From Orbicella franksi (Eukaryota), in contig OZ116698.1 in NCBI GenBank assembly GCA_964199315.1, positions 23,374,001 to 23,438,000 on the forward strand: 64,000 bases of DNA. The letters are read 5' to 3'. This document shows, one piece after another, positions 13,734 to 26,544 of the stretch (its first letter is position 1; each line of letters opens with the position of its first letter). Under the pieces are notes generated by a model. That model was given only the letters and a program-made list of their open reading frames with translations. It was not told where the DNA came from and searched no databases. The translations under genes and the position numbers were made by a program.

Positions 13734-14164
13734 TTGGAGTTTAAGTCACAGTTCAAGTTACAGTGATTGGTTATGTCCGGGTTACAAGACTTTTGATAAT
13801 TTGTACTGAAAGGCGAGTCGATATGATGTCACAAAAAACCTAGCACTTTCATAAATTGAAGTAAATTCCTAGTGGTATTTATTTCTTGGACAAAAGCCTA
13901 CTGCGGACTCACAGACTGGTTAGTTGGAAGGGTTCCTTTTACGAAACTACTACGATCAACACAAAGTAAAGTCAAAGACGAGTTCGCTGCTGAGATGGAT
14001 CGTGCAAAAACTGTGTATCCGAGCGTAGGTTCAACACGCGAGCTTCGTGTTTTTGCGTTTATACGTATCGATATCACCACTTTCAATATGGTTGTAGAGC
14101 CTGATGTACAGTTATTGTAATTAATTTGAATTATTTTGTTAATATGTAAATGATTTTACAATGC

Positions 14165-14170
14165 AATAAA
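14165..14170 (+). promoter_or_regulatory. Candidate polyadenylation signal of the STRA6-like gene
   Basis: AATAAA ~430 nt after the stop codon, followed by T-rich sequence. Confidence 0.45.
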
Positions 14171-15983
14171 TTTTGCATGGAAATCTTAATTTTTTGTTCC
14201 TTTTACATGTACGTGTATAAGTTGAAGTGGATGTTTCCCAGCTTGTCTAAAATAGTTTAATACAAAGAGAAATGTTTACTATTACTAATTCTGCATGCGA
14301 GTTGGTCCAAGGCATTGTGTTGTTGTTAAAGAGATACTAGCATGGCGATTTTGCTGCATTTTTGATCATAGCAGAAAGTACCGTCGCTCGCACAGAAAAT
14401 GTTAAATGTTTGTTTACAGTGGTGAATACGCTTAGCTACACCTACCTAGTTCACAGGCATGCCACTTAAGCTAAAAGAAACAAATATTGCAAATGCTGCG
14501 AGATCACCAAGATGAAAATATTAATTAAGTGACTGGAGAGCAAATTGTAATTAGTTTTTAGCGATGTTTTTCCAAGACACGACGACAGACTTCATAAAAG
14601 TCTCTCAGACTTGTTCAATTTGTCTTCGACGCCTTTAGCATACGTAGCTATTAATGTAACATCCCTTGTATAGCTTCAGTTTGAGGGTGTATTTTTTTAA
14701 CAAAACTAGACCATTATGTCTGGGTTTCTATCAGTGAAAATTTGTCTTGGATTTTGACTTTTTGAACTTATGGTCGTGGCCCCTTATGCTCGAGAGTGTG
14801 TGGTTGCAATAATTATTAAGTGGCAGCGATTGTTGCTGGTTAAAGGGATTGAAGGCACTCAGGTAAATTCATAAAAGTGTTTAATGTAAAGATTGCATAC
14901 CCATTATAATACCTTCGGCGTTTCAAATACCACGAGGATTTTAGAAAATACGATTGCTTCCGAAACAAGTTTTTTTCCTAAAGGAACATTTACAATCAAC
15001 CCTATCGGGTGTATGTAATGGTCGACAAGGGCACACGCATGTTATAAGGTGGGGATTGTTTTTAATTACGTTTCCGACCGTCGTAAGACTTGACGAGACG
15101 ACAATATACGTTACGATAATCGTGGGCGTCGTATTTCGAATTTCTTGGAGCTAAAATAAAGTATCAATATATGTTTTGTTGCAACCGGCCATCGGCTGAT
15201 GTAATCCGGTTTAACCTGGTTATTTGATGAACAAAGCCAGTGTTGGACTCCAGATTTCGAGTTCTTTTATTTACGTTTTCGAACAGCAATTATTATGATG
15301 TAAGAATTTCCATTTGAAGAAAGAGGTTTTGGCTTCGAGATTAACTATACATAAAGCAAGGCAAAACGTCCTTCGACAATGTCCTTCGATCTATCTGGGC
15401 TGGAGGGGAGGGTTGGGGGAGTGGTTGGAATCGTGCTCCTATGTAATTTATATGGGCATGTGCCGCCGTAAAGGGGTGGTATCTTGTGCTCCTTTGGTTT
15501 GAAATAGGGGGAAGTGTTAACGTTCATCTACGTTATGCCGTCGAACCTTCACTGAGGCTTTTGGGATTGGACGGACCAACCCAGGTCTGGCAGGGAATAG
15601 TCAAATGTATGCACCTACCCCGTCTTTTTGGGCACCGATCTCCAGCTACATCGACACGTATTCACAACACAAACCAAAGACAGACGCTCCAAACAGCTGT
15701 GCTGTTCTGTCGTTTTGCTTGGTCAACAAATGTGGAGTTGTTTTTGCACCCTTACAGCTGTGAAATGGATGTTTGCAACACCTGTAACACTGAACTGACA
15801 CGATGCAATGATAGTTGCCATAGATCAATCTGACAACTGCAAGAGTTTGTACGATAGTGTGAAAGCTCTCACTGAGTTGCACTATTTCTGTAACTGAATA
15901 TTCATGAACGTTTTTCTCCCTTTTTTATACTTAATTTGATTTCGGACAGTTTCCAGCCAAAGCTTTTTATCAATCCTCTTCAT

Positions 15984-16099
15984 AAATATAAAACTTTAAG
16001 GTAAAAAGCTGTTAAAATTATAAGTCTAAACGTTTTCGATCTGTTGATCATCATCAGACTCATAATTTTGACAGCTTTTTACCTTAAAGTTTTATATTT
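15984..16099. repeat. AT-rich inverted repeat with ~44-bp arms
   Basis: aaatataaaactttaaggtaaaaagctgttaaaattataagtct / agactcataattttgacagctttttaccttaaagttttatattt. Confidence 0.8.
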
Positions 16100-17146
16100 T
16101 ACTTTTATCGGCGAAGTGTATATATAATCTTCTTCATGTTACCAGAGTTTGACTACTCAGTGTATGAGACACACACAAAAAAAACACAAAACGTCCAAAG
16201 GCAAAAAGATAAACTAAAAACAGTACTGAACCTTTATGCCTATGTTATTTTAACTTGCAACTCTATCTTTTTTCCGGGGGTAGGCTGGGTGTATCAGAAA
16301 TTTGCGGAATCTATCACTGGGAAGCTACCGTGCTGATGAGTGGGTATTGTGTGTCATCTTTGGATCTTTAGTATCACGTCTTTTGGTGATCACACCATCG
16401 GCAACACCAAGAAACTGCTGGTGCGATTAAGATTTGACAACTAAGTCCTAAAATGAAGAGGCAGAAAATCTATACAGTAGCAGTTTTTAAACACTGACAC
16501 ATGCCCATTACGCTTTGACGCTCCTCTTTAATTTCTTCACCACTCAATGAATCGACTTTTTAAAGGAAAAAGGCAGTGAACCTCGTAGTTCCTGTCGGCT
16601 GCATAATTATTAACCGCATATACACCGTAGACGGAAACTAGGCTAATGAAATCTGTACTTGTTAAAATTTTACGTGTTCTTTTCCTATCAGTATTTCAGT
16701 GTGATGTTAGAAGAAAAATGCACGTTATTTCTTAAATCTCTAGATACGATTTTTGTTTATTTCTTTATTGATATATCTATCGCGACAATATAACCGCCGA
16801 CAGTTTTATGTTATAAAGAAAAATGATGCAGAAACTATGCTTTGCATTGAGTTACTCACTTTGTCAATCTTCCCTGTTTGGATAGATATAAAGAGGCTAT
16901 CTACCATTCACCTTCGCACCTAAAATTCTACAATATTATGATAGTACAGTTTAGAACTGCCATAATGGTGATCAAATAAAGGTACAATGTTTAAAAAGCA
17001 GGCTAAACACTCAGACATTGCTGTCAAGAGTGTCAAACTACTGTCCGTTGTACAACTGACACACTAAACAACCCACCCGTGAATTTACTCTGCTGTTAAA
17101 ACTCGGGATTTTTGTTTCAACAAACGATGTATCGTGCTAACCTGCG

Positions 17147-17221
17147 ATTGGTTTAACATCAAAAACAGGACATCTTCGTTAGTGTAGCTGGCTTCAATCC
17201 CAGGGCGAAGATACCTATAAA
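17147..17221 (+). promoter_or_regulatory. Core promoter of chitinase 1: inverted CCAAT box plus TATA box
   Basis: ATTGG at 17147 and CCTATAAAG with TATAAA at 17216, 60 nt before the ATG. The same spacings (69 and 60 nt) occur upstream of the second copy. Confidence 0.7.
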
Positions 17222-17275
17222 GTGTCCCGTAGAAATGCCTTCAGCCACACTGTTTCGGCATTTGTTCAAAGAGTC

Positions 17276-19305
17276 ATGAGAGCTTACGTTCTTCTCCTGC
17301 TGGTGGCTTTCGCCTCCTACATCAACGCCGAGGGCTATGTACGAGTGTGTTACCACACAAACTGGTCTCAATATCGTCCGGGTGCCGGCAAGTTCTTTCC
17401 TGAAAACATCGATCCTCACCTATGTACCCATTTAATGTACTCATTTGCAAAGATCGACAGGAGCAACAAACTGGCCATGTACGAGTGGAATGACGACAAG
17501 TTGTACCCAAGGTTTAACGCCTTAAAACAGAAAAACCGTGAACTCAAAACACTGTTGGCTGTAGGAGGATGGAACCACGAAAATCACAACAGCCCATTTT
17601 CCAAGATGGTCAAAACCGCGGCTTCTAGAAAGGTATTGCCACACCTCCACCTTTTCTTACACAGCTTCTATCATCAATAACTTGTCTTGATGCCTCATAC
17701 TTTAACTCTAATTCCCCGAACATCGTGTTCAAGTATACGTTTTTTAAAAAAAATAAAGGAGTGTTACGTTCATTCTAAATTTATCACTTTTTACCTTTCT
17801 ACCTTTTTGCTTTGTGTTTTTGCCTTCGCGACATGTGCTCATGATTATACAGGATGTGTTCTCGTCCCTTATATGTGCTGTCGTTCTTAACGGGTTCTTT
17901 GTAGAGCAAATATTCTATTTCTTCTCTGAGTGATTTTTCCTCTTGCATTGAAACTCCTGTTAATCTAAGCCTGACGATTAGTGTTAAATGTGTTTAAATA
18001 TTTAACTATACTGTTCCGAACTTCAAGCACCTTGCCAAAGTATAATAAACATTATATTTTATCATTCGTATTGATCACTTTTGTTATCTTTTATATATAT
18101 GATAACTATGTTACATGTATGTAAAATCATTTAACTGGACCGAAACATGGTGCCAAAGGCTACCGAGAGTCGTGACTCTCCTTTTACAAGTATTCGACAA
18201 CTTCGGGTTTCATTTAACTAATAGCAATAATGTCTTGAGTTATAATGGAGTATCGTCATTTCCACTCTTTCCATACCAGGTATTTATCGACTCGTCAATT
18301 GAGATGCTGCGAACATGGGGCTTTGACGGTCTCGATTTGGACTGGGAGTATCCTGGAGTTCGTGGAGGCTCACCACCCGGAGATAAACAGAAGTTCACCA
18401 TTCTCTGTCAAGAGCTGTTGAACGCCTTCAAGGCTGAAGCAGCCCAAACTGGAAAGCCCCGCCTATTGCTGACTGCTGCTGTGGCAGCTGGCTATAAAAC
18501 TATCGATAAAGCCTATGAAGTGGCCAAACTTGGTCCATTGCTGGACATACTCAACCTGATGACCTATGACCTTCACGGCACCTGGGACGACGTGACGGGA
18601 CATCACACAGCCATGGTAGGCGATGACAAGCTGACAGTGCCATTCGCAGTCCAATACTGGATTGACAAGGGATTTCCAGCCAACAAGATCGCTTTGGGTC
18701 TTGCTACATATGGACGAGCATTCAGCCTGAAAGACCCTGGCAACAGCGGCCTTGGTGCTCCCAAACATGACTGGCAGAAACCCCATAAAGGTCAATATAC
18801 CAGAGAGGCTGGATTCTTGGCTTACTACGAGATCTGCAAACTTGGCTTAAATATTGTCTCGAATAACGCCGTGATGGCTCCTTACGGCCACAAGGGTACC
18901 ATCTGGGTTGGCTTCGATGATAAACACAGTTTGCATTACAAGGTAAAAGAGGTAATTATGAAAAAAGGTCTCATGGGATCGATGTTCTGGGCCCTCGACT
19001 TGGACGATTTTAGTGGCAGTCAATGTGGCCAAGGTAAATATCCTCTTATTAACGCTGTCAAGAAGTATTTAGGTGGCTACACACCCCCGCCACGCCCCAC
19101 TGAGCTAACTCCACCGCCTACCACTCAAGGGCCTACCGAAGGACCTGGACCTGCTACGACCATGCCACCAACCCAAGGGCCTAAACCACCAACCGATGGT
19201 TGCGTAGCACTCCCACCTTATGACAAGCAATCGGGCATGAATGAATGGTGTCAAATCAACTGTGCTGCTGGAAATTGTCCTTCGTCACACTGCAATTGCA
19301 GCTAG
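17276..19305 (+). CDS. Secreted GH18 chitinase: signal peptide, catalytic TIM barrel, Pro/Thr linker, C-terminal 6-Cys module; 2 exons, ~460 aa
   Basis: Exons 17276-17632 and 18280-19305, phase-0 GT-AG intron. Signal peptide [18 protein letters not shown]; [11 protein letters not shown]; [15 protein letters not shown]; intact catalytic motif [11 protein letters not shown] (DxxDxDxE); LMTYDLHG; [18 protein letters not shown] at 19361. Confidence 0.95.
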
Positions 19306-20789
19306 ATCAAGGCAGGGCTGCAATGATGTAGCCATAAAAATGTAATAGATTGGAAAGTAGAATAAAAGCGGTGTGAAGGAAAAGCTAAACGTTTCTGTTC
19401 TTTTTGCATTTTAATCTTTCGTGATCTGCTTTTCAGTTTCGTTGAAACGTATTCTCTTTCACATAAGCATCAGTTCCCAATCGATGGCGCCTCCTGAGAA
19501 GGTACCCCACAAAAGCCCTGTTGTCTGACGCATGTCTACGCTTTCTGCGAAACTCTACACTCGTCCGAAAAAGTCACCCCTAAATTTATAACACAAAACA
19601 GTGTTTCGCAGCTCCCCGTCACTATAACACCTTTAGTATCAACATGTCGTTTACTTTCTACCATAATATATCTTTCTTTTTTGAAGTTCTCAGTGCTGCG
19701 CGAAATTAAAAGGTACATTAGAATAAGTGGTCAAATAGCGACGAGTGAACCTAGGAAATAATTCGGTTGAATTTTGTTAAAAAGGGAGTAAAAGTGTACC
19801 GTTTTACCGAGTGCTTGTTTGAATACAGTGTTACGCTTTTTGGCTTGGTAACCTCTAGCATACTCTTCAGAGGAACTATGTAAGAGATTGTTCTGCATTT
19901 TCGGCCTAGCCGATGCCAAAATTATCACCTAGACACTAACACGTTCGGTTATACACGAAGTACGCCTAGAACACCAAAAGAATATTACGAAGTAAATTTG
20001 TGAGTGGGGGAGGGGGATCAAACCGTGATTAGTGTCTGGTGACTTTTTGAATGACAGAAGGGCGCGCAGAACTTGAATACATTTGCTCGTATTTTTGAAC
20101 TGAGATTAAAACCTCGTGCGTGGGCGTGACTTGTGAACTAGTGTAGTAACTTCAATCAAAGTAGGGTGATTGTTTTAGGTTTCCACTGTTCTAAGAGCTT
20201 CACTTTTCGAAGTGCTGCTTCCGGGGGGCGGGGGAGTATTCTCACATTCTCACATTCTCACATTCTCCATTTTTACATAGATCAGGTTTTGTATATGTTA
20301 TAATGCACTGACTCAAGGTAGTGCTTGAGACCGATTTTTAATTCTGTAGGGAATAGTGCGAACTTACGGCAAACGTCGGAAATTAAGTTTTCAAGTATGG
20401 GTCAAATAACTATCAATCACCGGGAAAAAAGGTTAGAAATCTTCGCTTTATATCCTTAATCCTCTGGAGACTTAAACTTCTGTCACTTCAGAAGGAAATT
20501 CAGAACCAGTTTCAACAGTAGTAATATTATCGTCCTTTGCAGCCTATCAAAATCCGAACTCTGTAGAGCAATATTATGACCCTCTAAGAAATCGAAAAAA
20601 ATCCGTATTTTTAGCGGGTTTTAGTATAAAGCTACAAGCGTTCTATCACAAATGAGGCTCTCTGATTGGCTGCACTCTTCACCGTCTATTCTGTTGTAAA
20701 TAGTAAGTACTGTAGCCTAGCAGAGTGCGGTTGTAAACAAAATGGTAGCCGCTTCTTTGCGTCCTCGAAGTGTCTAGTAGTGGACTAGT

Positions 20790-22200
20790 AGATAAGATAA
20801 GATAAGATAAGAAGATAGGATAAGATAGCTTTATTTAATATACACGGTTTTTCCATCAGTCAACAAAATTACTGGATTATCTACTTATCTGCCTAACTAC
20901 AATAAAAGTTAAAAAAACTGCTTTTCGTGGAGGCCGTGTCTAAAAATTTACTTACAATTAAGATATTACTTTAAACCGTGGCGACATAATTTAGATTTGA
21001 AATCGGTCAGTGAAGATGCTTGTCTTAGGTCTACAGGTAAGTTGTTCCACAACTGAGCTCCGCTGTACGAAAAACTTCTCTTAAGATAATCAGTTCGAGG
21101 TTGTGGAAGAACTAATTTGTTTTCGGTATTCCTTAAACGATAAGCATTTACGTTGTCACGATATACGAATCTTGATCTCAGATAATCAGGTGTCATGCCA
21201 TTTAATATTTTATACGTTAGGATAGACTTCCGTTCCAATCTTTGATAGTAGAATCTTCGCCACCCTAGTGCCCGGAACAAATCATCCAAATTACTATCAT
21301 AGCTCGCAGACATTGGCATGCGAGCTGCGCGATTTTGAAGCCTTTTGTAGTTTTTCAGAAAGGACCTTGTTACCGTTTCCCCACACTACATTGCAATGAT
21401 CAAAATGTGGTTGAACAAGGCTATTATAAGCTTTAATTAAAACATTAAATGGAGTAAGATGCCGAATTCGTTTAATTGCACCAATGGCACAAGCTATCTT
21501 CTTAGAGATATTTTCAATATGACACTCCCAGTTTATATTTTGATCGACATAAACTTTAAGGGATTTAGCGGAGGTTACTTGTTTTACTGCGTTCTCGTTT
21601 ATAGTAAGAGAGGGACTTTCCATAAATTGTGATAGCTTCTGCCTTGGTGCAATAAGCATAAACTCAGTTTTTGTCATATTTAGGGTCAGCTTGTTAGCAG
21701 ACAGCCGTTCGTACACATTACTCAGGTCGTGATTAAGGCGATAATTCATTGCTGGCAAGCGTCAGGCTGGTATCATCCGCGTGCATTCTGGGTTCTGAAT
21801 ATGTCAGACAATGTGGTAAGTCCTTAATATATATCAAGAACAGAAGAGGTCCTAAAATTGTTCCCTGGGGAACACCACATTTTAGACATTTCGGAGTTGA
21901 CTCACAAGAATTAATACGACAATCTGACTTCGATTATCTAAATAAGAAGTAAACCATTGATGGCTGGACCAACGAATCCCGTAGTATTGGAATTTTCGTA
22001 ACAAAATATTGTGATCTACCGTATCAAATGCCTTTTTGAGATCTAAAAAGACGACGGCATTAACAAGACCACGGTCTATGTCCATGGTCCAGTAGCTTCG
22101 ATAAGTTCCGTGAGCGTGGAATGCAAAGACCGAAAACCAGATTGATGGTACGAGAGAAAGTTGTTTGTAGATTTATACTAAGACAAATAGATTATTGGCT
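20790..22200 (-). mobile_element. 5'-truncated, frameshifted L2/CR1-type LINE (reverse transcriptase 3' part and tail)
   Basis: Minus-strand ORF pieces NAVVFLDLKKAFDTVDH, AKSLKVYVDQNINWECHI...IKRIRH...YNSLVQPHFDHCNVVWG and LPQPRTDYLKRSFSYSGAQLWNNLP. The 3' end has AATAAA plus a (TCTTA)n tail at ~20790-20835. The RT YADD region is frameshifted. Confidence 0.9.
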
Positions 22201-22775
22201 CACAATTTCAACGTGTGATAGTTGGCTCCGGCTGCGCCCTCGTCATCGTTCACGCTTTACAGTTCACCACTAAATTTTCTCCGATTCTTATTGGTTTAAA
22301 TTGATCATGTGACGCGATAGTGTTCATCGGTGGATACTAGATGTCCAAAGTGCCCATTCGAGGAAAATAATCGTCCGAGAAATTTTTTCCGTAAACAAGC
22401 GGGCTTGAAGGAAAAGAAAATTAAAGATTGATTGATCTACATTAATTTTAGTGGGTGCTGTCTTTTGCCTTTTTCAAATTTTAAATTTGGCTTTACGCCT
22501 TTCATCTAAAAAAGTTAAAAATAATTCATTATCATTTTTGAACTGGTTCGCGAAAGAAAATTTAGTGGCGAACAATTAAGATAATATCGTGTTTTTATGA
22601 CTCGGAACTATCGGTCTGATAGCTGCCCCGCGGAAATTTGATGTTCTTAAAACTAGCATATTTACCCGAGAAGCGAAGCTTCGAGGGCAAATATTTGTTT
22701 TAAGAACATGGAATTTTCGCAGGGCAAACTATCAGCCGTTAGTTCTTCGACAGAAACACTATCATTTTAAATAGG
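22195..22775. mobile_element. Non-autonomous interspersed repeat with an internal palindrome
   Basis: Imperfect inverted repeat ~22605-22745 (aactatcggtctgatagctgcccc...ttcttaaaac / gttttaagaac...gggcaaactatcagccgttagtt). Resembles a repeat I associate with coral genomes; class not determinable here. Confidence 0.5.
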
Positions 22776-23642
22776 AATCGCGAGCGATTGATCCAATCGT
22801 TTTAGTGGAGTTCTATCTACATTGTTTTCAAATAACGATTTCCAACAAGAGATTATCCAATTATTTCTCTACATATTAAGTACGCAGCTTAACGCTGTGG
22901 CAAAATTCACGCACGGATTGACCTGCAGCAGCTGTTTACACATGCTTGGCATCATTGACCATGACTTAGTTGAGACATTTGAGGTTTTAAAGTCTGACTA
23001 GGAAATAGTTTTGATAGAAACCTGTTTAAACGTCTGTGTTATGGATGCCATACATTAAACGACTATTTATTCAACGTGATACTATAAAATCTAAAAGATA
23101 GTTTGCAGTAATTTTTATGTATTCTGTTCAGTGGCATTTGATTAAATTCGTAGAACAAAAAGAACGTGCTCGTGAAAAAGCTTCAGATTTGTTAAAAAGG
23201 CACATCTCTTCTTATTACATTTCGAGAGCACTTGGTTTTTTGGTTATACCCAGCTAAATAATTCGTATTGATATATTGAAAAACTCGTCAAAGCACAAAT
23301 TCACCGTCCGGCTGAAGTTCAACTTTTAACTTCGAAACCTTGATCTCATATCATACATGTACTAACAGCACTGGAAATATAAAGATACTGTACTGTTTAC
23401 ACATGACTTAGGTAATAATATCACAGGTATTGTAAAACTTACTGGTGAAAAAAAAAAACTGCCTGGTGATCAAATAAAACAGGTTTACTACACCGAAAAA
23501 GACAGGGCCGGAAAAGAAGTGCTGAGCTACGGCCGTCTTTAAACCGACACATAGAACAACTGTCCCTAGGATTTACGCTGCTGCAAAAGCTCAGGTGCTT
23601 TCTGGCTGAGCAAACAATTTCAACGCCTCGTGTTAATTTCCG

Positions 23643-23717
23643 ATTGGCTAAGAGCAGAAAACAAGAGCACTTCGTTTGCACAGATGCCCACAAATGCAAA
23701 GTGAGCGTGCCTATAAA
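23643..23717 (+). promoter_or_regulatory. Core promoter of chitinase 2: inverted CCAAT box plus TATA box
   Basis: ATTGG at 23643, TATAAA at 23712, ATG at 23772; same spacing as chitinase 1. Confidence 0.65.
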
Positions 23718-23771
23718 GAGCCATTCAAAATCATTCCTAACTATATCGCCACGACTTTTGTTTCAAGAGCC

Positions 23772-26016
23772 ATGCGAGCTTACATCCTTCTCCTGCTGGT
23801 GGCTTTCGCCTCCTACATCAGCTTCAAGAGCTACGTACGAGTGTGTTACCACACAAACTGGTCTCAATATTGTCCGGGTGCCGGCAAGTTTTTTCCTGAA
23901 AACATCGATCCTCACCTTTGTACCCATTTAATGTACTCATTTGCAAAGATCGACAGGAGCAACAAACTGGCCATGTACGAGTGGAATGCGAAAAGTTGCA
24001 CCCAAGGTTTAACGCCTTAAAACGGGAAAACCCTGACTTCAAAACACTGTTGGCTGTAGGAGGATGGAGCCACGAAAATCATGATAGCCTATTTTCCAAG
24101 ATGGTCAAATCGCGGCTTCTAGAAAGGTACTGCAATAGTTCCACGCACTCACATTTCTTACTTTTTTTTTAGTATGGCTTGATTGCCGAGTAACATTTTT
24201 ACACGTATCATATACGAAGCCAAACATCTGTCAAATTCTGTCATACGTATAATTCTGATATTCCAAAAAAACTGTTGGACTGGTTTTCTGTTTTGTTAAC
24301 TGGCCTTTTCAGTTGCTGTGGTAGGACAATTCAAGTATCAGCGTAGTTAGCTTTTGCTTTTGTTTTGTTTTGTTTTGTTTTTTTTGTCGTTGTCCAGCCC
24401 TAAAACAATGAGTATTTTTTTTATGGTCTTTACCCAGCTTTTTCTTCTTGAATATTCAGTAAACATATGTATCTGCATTGTGTAACCAGATCAAACGTAC
24501 ATTGACATTAAATTTCGTAGTTATACGGTTGGATAAACTGGCGTAAATAGTAAAAACAAATACGAAAAGTTTCACGGTTGCTCAAACTTCAGAACGAGAG
24601 CATATGGTACAGAATTGCCATGAATGATATGCCAAGCTACTCGGTAAATTATGCTAATGCCATCTCGGGCTTTGACTATTGGCCTCCTTTAATTGATATT
24701 TTTTACACTGACGAAGTGTGTTTTTTTAATCTGAAACTCAAAAGTCCATATTTTTTCATTGGCATCTGTGTGCAAACGTTTTCATTTTCTTATGTGTTCT
24801 CGTTAGACGTTTTTAACACTATTCCGTCCACGGCAGGTATTTTATTGACTCGGCAATAATGATGCTGCGAAAATAGGGCTTTGACGGTCTCGATCTGGAT
24901 TGGGAGTATCCTGGAGTTCGTGGAGGCTCACCACCCGGAGATAAACAGAAGTTCACCATTCTCTGTCAAGAGCTGTTGAACGCCTTCAAGACCGAAGCAG
25001 CCCAAACTAGAAAGCCTCGCCTCTTACTGACTGCTGCTGTGGCAGCTGGCTATGCAACTATCGATAAAGCCTATGAGGTACGCAAACTTGGTCCATTACT
25101 GAACATACTCAACCTGATGACCTATGACCTTCACAGCAACTGGGATCCGGTGACCGGACATCACACAGCCATGGCAGGCAATGACAGGATGACAGCGCCA
25201 TTTGCAGCCCAGTACTGGATTGACAAGGGATTTCCAACCAACATACTCAACCTGATGACCTTTGACCTTCACGGCAACTGGGACGACGTGACGGGACATC
25301 ACACAGCCATGGTAGGCGATGACAAGCTGACAGTGCCATTCGCAGTCCAATACTGGATTGACAAGGGATTTCCAGCCAACAAGATCGCTTTGGGTCTTGC
25401 TACATATGGACGAGCATTCAGCTTGAAAGACCCAAGCAACAGCGGCCTTGGTGCTTCCAAGCATCCTTGGCAGCAACCCCACAAAGGTCAATATACCAGA
25501 GAGGCTGGATTCTTGGCTTACTACGAGATCTGCAAACTTGGCTTAACTGTTGTCACGAAAAATGCCGCAAAGGCTCCTTACGGCCACCAGGGTACCATCT
25601 GGGTTGGCTATGATGATAAACTCAGTTTGGAATACATGGTGAAAGAGGTAATTAAGAGTAAAGGTCTCGTGGGAGCGATGTTCTGGGCTCTCGACTTGGA
25701 TGATTTCTGTGGTAGTCAATGTGGCCAAGGTAAATATCCCCTGATTAACGCAGTTAAGAAGTATTTGGGTGACTACACACCACCAAAGCCGCCAACTCAA
25801 GGACCCCAGCCAACAACCGATGGCCCTCAACCGCCTACTGACCGACCAGGTCCAGTTACGAAAGCGCGTCCGGTGCCACCCACGAACGGACCAACTGCGC
25901 CACCCTCTGGATGCGAACTACTGCCACCTTATGACACAAACCCAGCCATGGGTGCATGGTGTGTAGCCAACGGTGCTGCTGGATATTGTCCTGCGTCCCA
26001 CTGCAAGTGCAGCTAG
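23772..26016 (+). pseudogene. GH18 chitinase pseudogene, tandem paralogue of 17276-19305
   Basis: Same two-exon layout (exon 1 to ~24126, exon 2 from ~24837). Lesions versus copy 1: 1-nt deletion near 23990 (aatgacgacaag -> aatgcgaaaag), 1-nt deletion near 24110 (aaaaccgcg -> aaatcgcg), 1-nt insertion near 24840 (gtatttatc -> gtattttatt), TGG->TAG near 24874, an in-frame 138-bp duplication (25102-25239 / 25240-25377), and Cys->Gly in the C-terminal module. Confidence 0.88.
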
Positions 26017-26341
26017 ATCGAGTCAGGACTGAGTCAAGTTTAAAATGGTTGCTAAAGCAGAATAAAAACCGCGTTAAATGATAATCGAGTTGTTTTATTT
26101 TAGCCTCGCGCAATCATAATAACGCCTTCTGCTAAGTATTGCTTGTATCGTTGTGCTAATCTTTCCACTGTGCAAGTCAAATTGGTAAATCGATAACAGT
26201 TCACAATTAGTACACGAATTCATATTATTACGCTATTCGCCTTATACTGTATGAAGGGGTAGAAAAACTTTGGCCATTTTTTTTTTTTTTAAATTTTTCA
26301 AGACATGAGGCGTTGCCAGGACAATGTTAACTGATTAAGAC

Positions 26342-26544
26342 CAGCCTGTAAGCAGGCTCCCCTTTGAGTCACGCGAGCGTGCGGCGAAGAGCAAAGCGAT
26401 CTGGCAGGAAGGAGTCTGGTGAAGAGGTGCCAAGAAAGTGAAACGTTCTCGTCTCGCGGCTTCGTTGCTCGATTTCGCGCTCGCGGCTACGCCGCGCGCT
26501 TTGTGCTCCAACGTGTGCTCCAACGTAAGCCTGCTCGCAGGCTA
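26342..26544. mobile_element. Short MITE with (T)AGCCTG...CAGGCTA termini
   Basis: agcctgtaagcaggct at the left end, agcctgctcgcaggcta at the right end. Flanks gattaagac / gatttagat agree at 7 of 9 positions (degraded 9-bp TSD). Confidence 0.65.

Noticed and set aside
14950-15900. Relatively GC-rich, coding-looking intergenic segment
   Set aside because: All frames are broken by stops and I could not assign any fragment to a family; a translated search would be needed.
18463-19032. Antisense ORFs over chitinase 1 (also 25096-25830 over copy 2)
   Set aside because: Shadow ORFs of the chitinase coding strand.
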